From Octopus vulgaris (lineage: Eukaryota): a DNA stretch of 64,000 nucleotides. Below the pieces are notes generated by a model, which was not told the origin of the DNA, searched no databases, and was given only the letters and a program-made list of their open reading frames with translations. The stretch spans positions 96,224,001 to 96,288,000 of the forward strand of contig OX597819.1 in assembly GCA_951406725.2 (NCBI GenBank), given 5' to 3'. Every line of letters starts with the position of its first letter. The first letter of the stretch is position 1. Shown piece by piece: positions 55,081 to 64,000 of this stretch. The position numbers were made by a program, and so were the translations under genes.

Positions 55081-56861
55081 TTTTTAGTTTCAACAAACGG
55101 TCTCAGATCAAATCACTTGTCTGGCAAGTACACCGCTGAAATATTTTGAAGTATGTTTCAGAATAACAAAGGATCATCTACTGATAGGACAACTTAGTAT
55201 TGAGAGTACAATCGGGACTTCCTGTTTGTTCAAGCAAAGAAATAACTGGCTGAACAAGCTAATAGTTAAAACTTAAAATTGCTGTGACCTTGTGAAGTTA
55301 CCAAAGTAATACATTTCTGTAAGAAAAGATGTTTCCAATTATCCAAATGTTTTTCATTAATGGCAATATTCTACGTAGAAAATTCGAAATGTTTGTGTTG
55401 TAGCTTTAGTAATATCGCGAGCTGGGACTGCTTGTGTTATCTATTGTCAGAGGAGGGCATACCTAAGTCACTCGAGTCAATTCATTATGTGTGAGGTTGA
55501 AAACAGAAAGTGAAGTTTAATCGGAAAGTGAACAACTCATTTGTGACTGCCGAGCTGTCACTGATATCCTGACAAACATGAACTTGAGATTCAAATATTT
55601 ATCCGAAAGTTGATCTTTTGATCATTTAGTTTCCGGTGTCTACACCTTAGTGGTTATACGTGATTATCAATGCCATTATTCAGTATTACTATGCTGTATC
55701 TATAGCTGATCAATCAATACCATTCTTCAGTGCCTATATCCAATGCCTACAGTTAATCTAACAATGTCACTGACTTTGTTGACAATATTAAATGAGCAAA
55801 AAGGATTCAGACACTTGGTAAATTCCACAGTTTGTCAGCCGGATCAAGAAATTATGCCATCATCCTTATTATCTTTAGCATTTCAAATATTCAAATTATC
55901 AGAAAAAGCTCATAATCATTTATTAAATATTGATTTGTGTCACAGTAAATAACTTCATTGTAATTCTAATCTCTCCGGGAAATATTTCGAAATATTTCCA
56001 ATATTGATTTTAAGCATTTCATTTTTCCTCAATCCATGTAATTTATGTTTTATTGTTATAAAATAAAAATTTTGACAGGTTTATAGCTGAGTCAAATGTT
56101 ATCAGTAAAATAGCTATACTTGGCTTGAAATTCCGTAGAAAATATCTTTTTTACTGATCTTTCCAGGACATAGCCTTATATAGATAGGATGGGTTATCTT
56201 GTGTCATTGTCGAGAAAAATGCGTTACAATATAAAATGATGACAATAGACACGCTCTGAAAATCCAGGTAGATGTTCAGCATAAATCAATAGGGGTATGA
56301 TACGATAAGTCATGAAAATGCAGATTATATTAAAATCTCATAATTTGCATGGCTGAGCGCAAATGATATAATTGGTTCAAGAAGAGAAAATTGAATATGG
56401 AGTTATAATGCCACAATAAATTCAGTATAGGAAAAATATTCCAACAATTTTCTTACTTTTGTTCTCTATCTATATTATACGTATGTGTGCGTGTGTGTGT
56501 GTATGTGAATATTTATCATAGACGGAAAAATTGCATATATGTGCGGGTGTATGTGTATATGTGTAAACGCTTGATGTCAATCGACTAGGTATCTTTATCA
56601 ACATTGCTTTCCTCTACCTATTTTAGCATTCCTTTAACAAATTAATTTTTCTGCCAGCTCTCTCCATCTTTCTTTTACTCTCTTTCTCTCCTTCTTTTTA
56701 TACAGTGTAAAGGGTGATTTGAGGATTCGATCAACCGATTAATATTTATTAAATACATGTATACGGTGATACCCCAACATGGCCACAGCTCTGAGCTGAA
56801 ACTACAAAAAATATATTTGTTTGTGTGTGTGAGTATGTGTGTTTATGTGTATGTGTGTATT

Positions 56862-56918
<57 letters not shown>

Positions 56919-57387
56919 TGGCCGTAGTGAGTCAAACGTGGAACGACCGTCACTACAGTAACTGTCTTGGAAAAGAATTTATCTTTATAGATCATATAAA
57001 AACACATCGAACTGGGTTACAAATAACGCCATAGAAAACGTTTCTGCGTTATGACGCTACATCAGTTATTACCTTTCATAATACTTTAAGAACTGCCGTT
57101 CTTTTATGCAACAGTAAATAATAAATCTACTGGTCCATGCAAAACTGTGTCAAGCCCGAATTAATTAACTAAAGATACACTAAGCAGCAATGGTTAAAAT
57201 AAACTGTGTATACTTTTGTGTACGCTGAAACGTGGGAGGATTTTCTCCGCGGTAACTGTATAGAGATTGAAAAAGGTCATCACTCTGAAGGCAATGAATA
57301 AAGCCATCAGACTGACGGCTGTTTCTGCGTGATCAGGAATATAAACAAAGGATTCGATGGCTGTAGCTGATGAAGCTTAACAACTTC

Positions 57388-57418
<31 letters not shown>

Positions 57419-57635
57419 TGTATGTATGTATGTATGTATGTATGTATGTATGTATGTACGTACGTACGTACGTACGTACGTATGTATGTATGTATGTGCA
57501 GATTTGTATGTATGTATTGAAACCGAGTATTTCTAGGCTTTTGTGCAAATGTTTTGGTACTTAACCTAACTGCACATATGATAATAGGTACAAATGAGAA
57601 TTCATAGTGTGAGAGTATATATGTATGTATGAATG

Positions 57636-57957
57636 GTGAGGGCGCGTGGCTTAGTGGTTAGGGCATTCGGCTCATGATCGTAAGGTTGTGAGTTCGATTC
57701 CCGGCGACGCGTTGTGTCCTTGAGCAAGACACTTTATTTCACGTTGCTCCAGTCCACTCAGCTGGCAAAAATGAGTTGTACTTGTATTTCAAAGGGTCAG
57801 CCTTGTCACTCTCTGTGTCACGCTGATTATCCCCGAGAACTACGTTAAGGGTACACGTGTCTGTGGAATGCTCAGCCATTTGCACGTTAATTTCACGAGC
57901 AAGCTGTTCCGTTGATCGTATCAGCTGGGACCCTCGTCGTCGTAACCGGCGGAGTCT
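57636..57957 (+). mobile_element. tRNA-derived CORE-type SINE (head B + tail X)
   Basis: TGGCTTAGTGG A box, AGTTCGATTCC B box, CCTTGAGCAAGACACTTTATTTCACGTTGCTCCAG CORE-like domain; tail near-identical to 44354. Confidence 0.9.
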
Positions 57958-58050
57958 TTATATAGAATCATGTATGAATGTATGTATGCATGTATGTATG
58001 TATGTATGTATGTATGTATGTATGTATGTATGTATGTATGTATGTATGTA

Positions 58051-58250
58051 TCATTCGCCATGATTGATCGCTAGCCCCTAAATCTTTATTAATTTCTCTG
58101 TCTGCTTATTTCTGTGTTCCTTTCTGTTGAAGAGCGTAGGCTCGAAATGTAAAAGACTTTCTCACTTCCTGAGCGTTAAACTATTACACTTGTTTGTTGT
58201 TTACACACCCGTCTTCGTCTTTTGTTTTGTTTTTTATTGTAAATTCCAGC
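58051..58250 (+). mobile_element. second copy of the 200-bp hammerhead-like unit
   Basis: CCTTT-CTGTTGA-A-GAGC-GTAG-GCTC-GAAAT-GTA-AAAGA at 58119-58156; same downstream CCTGAGCG and CTTCGTCTTTTGTT as 54852. Confidence 0.65.
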
Positions 58251-58258
58251 TATGTATG

Positions 58259-58331
<73 letters not shown>

Positions 58332-58376
58332 AAACAAGTCAAAAATAGAAAATGCTAAAATAATTTTATAGTGAAC

Positions 58377-58422
58377 ATTTCAGTACCGGTTTCGGTCATT
58401 TTGAGACCTTTTCAACTGTAAC
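58377..58422 (-). ncRNA. minimal type I hammerhead ribozyme, U3-A8 variant
   Basis: CAG-TTGAAAA-GGTC-TCAAAAT-GACC-GAAA-CCGG-TA-CTG: helices I and II pair, helix III is the palindrome ACCGGT, GUA cleavage triplet. Confidence 0.75.
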
Positions 58423-59161
58423 GATTAAATAATTAAATTTAGAAAAATTAGAAGAAAAGTTTTTTTCAAGGAATATTTCTATAGTAGTGTTCAGATATAA
58501 GTGGCATTCTGCCTTTCTCTGACTCCCTTGTTTGCACTTGTGTGTTGGAGGTCGTTGTGAGTTCTTGGTAGGGTAGTAGAGGAAGAAGGCTGATGAGGAA
58601 AGGGGGTGGGAGAATCTGGGAGTGCCCTGATGGTCGTATTTTGAATGGTCAGTGGCGGCTAGCAGTCGCAGTTCAATTCAGGAGAATATTTCTATTGAAA
58701 GGCTTGTTTATAGAATTTGCGTAGGTGTTATACTAAAAAACATTAGTGACAAAGTTAAGGGGTAGAAGGTGGAGAAGTAGAAGAAGAAGAAGAAGAAGAA
58801 GAAGAAGAAGAAGAAGAAGAAGAAGAAGAAGAAGAAGAAGAAGAAGAAGATGACGATGTTGATGATGATGATGATGACGAAGAAGAAGAAGAAGGAGAAG
58901 GAGAAGATGACGATGATGGTTGATGGTGGTGATGATTATGACGACGATGATGATGATAATGATGATGATGAAAAAGAAGAGGAAGAAGAAGAAAAAAACA
59001 GAGAAGGGAGAATATGAATGGGTTAAAGTAGGGAGGTGTTGTAAGACTTGAAGTTGGCATGTTATGGATTATAGCTGTGATTTTAGCTGTGATTAGTAAT
59101 GGATTCTTTGGAATGTAATATTTGTGTGTGAATATTTCTTTTATTCTAAAGTTGAGGTATA

Positions 59162-59800
<639 letters not shown>

Positions 59801-59900
59801 GTGTGTGTGTGTGTGTATGTGCGTAGGTGTGTAGAAAATATTGAAATATAAAAAGGAGACGAACGTTCGAGATGTTGTTAATCCATTTATATCGTGAAGT

Positions 59901-59984
59901 CCTCTACATACGTTTCAATGGGTGCACTCCAAAGTCTCCGGCAAGATAAATAATGGTCAGCAGTGCACCAATCTCTTCAGGAGG
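59901..59984 (-). ncRNA. type I hammerhead ribozyme with canonical core
   Basis: CCTC-CTGAAGA-GATTGGTGCACT...AGTGCACCCATT-GAAAC-GTAT-GTA-GAGG: 4-bp helix I, helix II 11/12 paired, GUA triplet. Confidence 0.8.
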
Positions 59985-60619
59985 TTTATGATAAGAAGCT
60001 CATCATATAAACATGTTAACCGAAGAAGAAATTCCTACAAAATGTAACGTATTTTATATTTATATGGATACAGGCATTCACACTCAATCATGTGACGTGT
60101 AAATATAAACATTATAGTCATACAAAAACACAAACGTATACAAACATTTACATGCACACTCATCAAAATACAAACATACACACATATATATATATTAATA
60201 TATATCTATTTAAAATATTATACACACACACGCGGGCACACATATATGTATATTATTAAGTAACGAGAAGAAATTGTTTGAAAGAACCAAAGAAGTGCTA
60301 AATCAGAGATTTGTAAACTCATTATAACTCTCATAAGCATATAGCTAGATTCTTAAGTATGTTTTACAGGACTTTAACGATTTCGACTTATAAATATAAA
60401 CAGACGTTCATAAACATATAGAGGAGCACACATATCCCAAAACATCGACAGACATTAACACACTACAATGAACGCATACCCACACTTATAAGCACATATA
60501 CAATATTGTGCACACTAATAGACAAAAGTTAATAAGGGGAAGTAAAGGTTAAGGGGAGTAAGATTGAGGAATATAGCAAAGAAGTTTGCGTAAAATATCA
60601 CTAGGCTTCGGGTGGATAT

Positions 60620-61065
60620 TATTTGAAAATTACTGAACGTGTGCTTTGTCCAATGGATGCATTTGAAAATTCTCTCTGTAAATTTGTCTACCAATTTATG
60701 TTTAGAGAAGCGAATAAAATATGGCTCTTCCATGCATAAAGGACAGAGAGATTTCCCTTTATCATAAGGAAAAGATCTAGAAAGAATGTTCCATTCCAAA
60801 GAAAAAATATTTGTCAGAGTCCTTAAGGTCCCAGATTAGTTTACTGAGTCCCCTAGAGTTCTGCTTACGTTTGTATTTAAAATTAGAGAAGTAGTTGGCC
60901 AGGCCAGATTTCAAATATGTTGAGGATAATCCAATATAAAAATATTCTTTGTTACTAGAAGTAACCTTGCATTGGGAAACAGCGTTTTTAATTCTGCAGT
61001 TTCCATGTAGGACACAGGTTTTACCCGTGCCACAACTGCAAAAGCTGTTTGTGTTGTTGTTAGTG
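60620..61065 (-). pseudogene. Penelope-like element GIY-YIG endonuclease fragment (one frameshift)
   Basis: FCSCGTGKTCVLHGNCRIKNAVSQCKV...YFYIGLSST...GLSKLIWDLKD / EWNILSRSFPY...CPLCMEE...KCIH; same architecture as 36830. Confidence 0.8.
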
Positions 61066-61094
61066 TTAGCTAGATTAGTAGAAGAGAGATTAAA

Positions 61095-61270
61095 ATCTCT
61101 TCAGTCATTTGAATGTAGCCATGATGGAGCACCGACTTATTCTTTGTAAGCTAAGTACTTATTCTATCAGTCTTTTTTGCCGAACCGCTAAGTTACGGGG
61201 ACGTAAATATACCAAAATCGCTTGTCAAACGAAAGTGGAGGAACAAACATATATACATAGACACACATAT
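61095..61270 (-). mobile_element. SINE family S2 3' tail
   Basis: CTTTTTTGCCGAACCGCTAAGTTACGGGGACGTAAA motif; similar tails at about 13205, 21240 and 54215. Confidence 0.8.
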
Positions 61271-61285
61271 GGATATATATGTATG

Positions 61286-61333
<48 letters not shown>

Positions 61334-61360
61334 TATATACATGTATACATATATGGAAGC

Positions 61361-61401
<41 letters not shown>

Positions 61402-61886
61402 TAATCTAGTTACTTTCTATATGTAGGTAAATGTATATATGTTTATCTCTCTGTATGTTTTTACATATTTATAATTTAAATTTATGTAGGTAAGCGTGTG
61501 TGTCTGCGTATGTGTATGGTTGCTGCTCAACGAAGGAGAATACCAGATCATTACAGAACAAACACTTAGTTCATCCATTTCTTACAAAGTTGTGTATCCT
61601 TCGTCTGCATTCCTGGCAATTGTTCTTGTAATGGCTGTCCATTTGCTTGAGTCTTGCTGATAAAGGAGAGATATATCTTCATCTTTCACAGAACCTGTAG
61701 ATGCTATAGATCAACTGTTCAATTTAATTCTATGTTGTACTAAATATTTGTGCATTTGCCAATTTTAACGTTGGCCAATAATACAAAAATATATAACGTC
61801 AGCCTCCCACTTTGTATATAAATATATACATACATACATACATACATACATACATACATACATACATACATACATACAGACAAACA

Positions 61887-61958
<72 letters not shown>

Positions 61959-62031
61959 CACCACGCATATACATATATATGTTCATTATATATGTATACA
62001 TATACATATGCATATATATAAATATGTATGA

Positions 62032-62108
<77 letters not shown>

Positions 62109-62295
62109 CATACATATGCATAAATACGTACATGGATGTAAATCTATGTAAATAAATATGTATGTATAGATATATGCGTACATATACTTACCTACACATA
62201 TGTATGTATATATACATATACATGTATGTATATATGACACACGCACACTCACATACACACACACATTCATTAATAACTCTGTAAGCTTACAGTAT

Positions 62296-62476
62296 AACTT
62301 TCGCTAGATATGAAATTCAAGCCTAATGAATGAAACTATTAATACCAAAGTTTTCAAAACATCACTAGACGCCGGGAAAAACATTCTACCCCGGCGTCTA
62401 ACAATATTTTCAAATCTGTGATATTAATATTTTCATTCATTTAACTTTGAAAATCAATATCTGCCGTTAGCAAAAT
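62296..62476. mobile_element. fold-back palindromic element (MITE-like) of about 180 bp
   Basis: TAGACGCCGGG / CCCGGCGTCTA core extended by AATGAATGAAACTATTAATACC / GATATTAATATTTTCATTCATT and weaker outer arms. Confidence 0.7.
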
Positions 62477-62666
62477 TTTGGAGAAGCTGATAGTCTTATT
62501 AATAATAAAGATGTCTCACGCTGCTATTATTGTATTGAGTACTTCAATATTAACTATGGTTTATATCTATAATATTACTTGGTCTGTCTATTCATCAGTC
62601 AGCCTGTCTGTCTATCTATCTGTCTACCTGTCTGTCAGTATGTCTGTCTTTATACTTGACGATATG

Positions 62667-62890
62667 ACTGTCTGTCCGACTGTCTGTCCGACTGTCTGTC
62701 CGACTGTCTGTCCGACTGTCTGTCCGACTGTCTGTCCGACTGTCTGTCCGACTGTCTGTCCGACTGTCTGTCCGACTGTCTGTCCGACTGTCTGTCCGAC
62801 TGTCTGTCCGACTGTCTGTCCGACTGTCTGTCCGACTGTCTGTCCGACTGTCTGTCCGACTGTCTGTCCGACTGTCTGTCCGACTGTCTG
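62667..62890. repeat. perfect 12-bp tandem repeat (GACTGTCTGTCC)n, about 18 copies
   Basis: Directly visible; source of the TVCP peptide repeat. Confidence 0.97.
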
Positions 62891-63402
62891 TATCTATTAT
62901 GTGTAAATCAAAGCGATATATGAATATACATTTTTCATACAGTATGGGAGACTTGGAGGTGAATATGCTTTACACTGTTGAATTCCCTATTCATAGAACA
63001 AACTCTCGCTTAAGTTGACGTGTATGGACAACGCACTCGCTTTAATACCGTAGAGAACTTAGAGACACTGGTAGTTCAGCATACTTGTATCTCCTCAGTC
63101 ACAGACACCATCTAATCGTTCTTATATATATGATAAACGAAATTGTAAAATAAAAGGAAATAAATTTTGAGTATGAACAAGACTTCATATTCTATTTCGT
63201 CATAATTATTGCTAATATACACTCCAGATAATATTACCAACCAGAGAAGCGAACACGAAATCACCCATCGGAGATATTTTACAGCGTGAGTGACAACTCA
63301 TAGTAGTCATAGATGTTGAATATTAATCGATGCGGCTAGCCGTAATCTGCAACATAATTGAGAGCCACCAAGGTATCTGCACGGATAATATATCCCTCTA
63401 AG

Positions 63403-63443
<41 letters not shown>

Positions 63444-63569
63444 TTCACTGCCCCAGATTATCTCAATGCATTTCTCCCCAGTGCCTAGTGGGGTAATCTA
63501 TATTTACCTTGATACTTTGGTGGATGGACTTCCATTATGTTCCTCTCAGTTTCTACATTACCGTTACTA

Positions 63570-64000
63570 AAGTTGATCTTACCTGGGATATTAATATCGT
63601 CTGAATGCCTACTGTAAAGTAAAAGAGTTGTGGATTGTTCAGCTAAGGGTTGCTTAAGGCCGGCCACATCTCCAGCTACACCGACCCCAATGGCTGCACC
63701 TTGAGCCTGCATCTATAGTTTCTTGTTAAACTTTACTATGTGGTTCTTCAAGGTGGTGCTTACGCTAGCCCGTATTGCATGTGCAATCATTCCATTCACC
63801 TCATTGTTGTTCTCGGGGTCTTGGGTGGGTGCAGTCCAGCCACTCCAGCCACTCCAGCCACTCCAGCACTCTGTGGTGATTTTCATCACTTCTGAGCTGA
63901 TGGTGCGTAGTCTTTCCCTCTGTGACCTGGTGGGGCAGAATCTACTGAGCTCATGGTCGTCTAAATAGTCACTGTCGTAGCTTAGTACAAGGAGGAGGAC
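63570..64000 (-). pseudogene. degraded Penelope-like reverse transcriptase fragment
   Basis: Manual translation TTLKNHIVKFNKKL*MQAQGAAIGVGVAGDVA...LLLYSRHSDDINI resembles PLE RT motifs (F..K.Y.Q..G..IG; YxRYVDD); continues past the window end. Confidence 0.65.

Noticed and set aside
57310-57340. CTGATCA-CGCA-GAAAC-AGCC-GTC on the minus strand
   Set aside because: G8 missing, no helix II, and helix I unpaired.

Overview
Eukaryotic (animal) non-coding DNA, AT-rich and dense in microsatellites. The SINE repertoire and repeat content suggest an octopus or other coleoid cephalopod (inference). I found no supportable host protein-coding gene, rRNA, tRNA or CRISPR array; most ORFs in the supplied track are translated microsatellites. 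The window is dominated by mobile-element remains: a decayed DD34D mariner, an internally deleted Tc1, MITEs, non-autonomous Helitrons, LINE fragments (Tx1/L1-like, CR1, RTE, Hero/NeSL-like), modular tRNA-derived SINEs and several Penelope-like elements (PLEs). The strongest signals are: (1) at least 7 minimal type I hammerhead-ribozyme motifs, three of them downstream of GIY-YIG endonuclease fragments on the same strand, and two unrelated ones sharing a compensatory U3-A8 core (UUGAAAA); (2) a SINE whose last 42 nt match the 3' end of the Tx1/L1-like LINE in this window; (3) combinatorial head/tail swapping among SINEs; (4) several long fold-back palindromes. All alignments and folds were done by eye, so boundaries of degraded elements are approximate.
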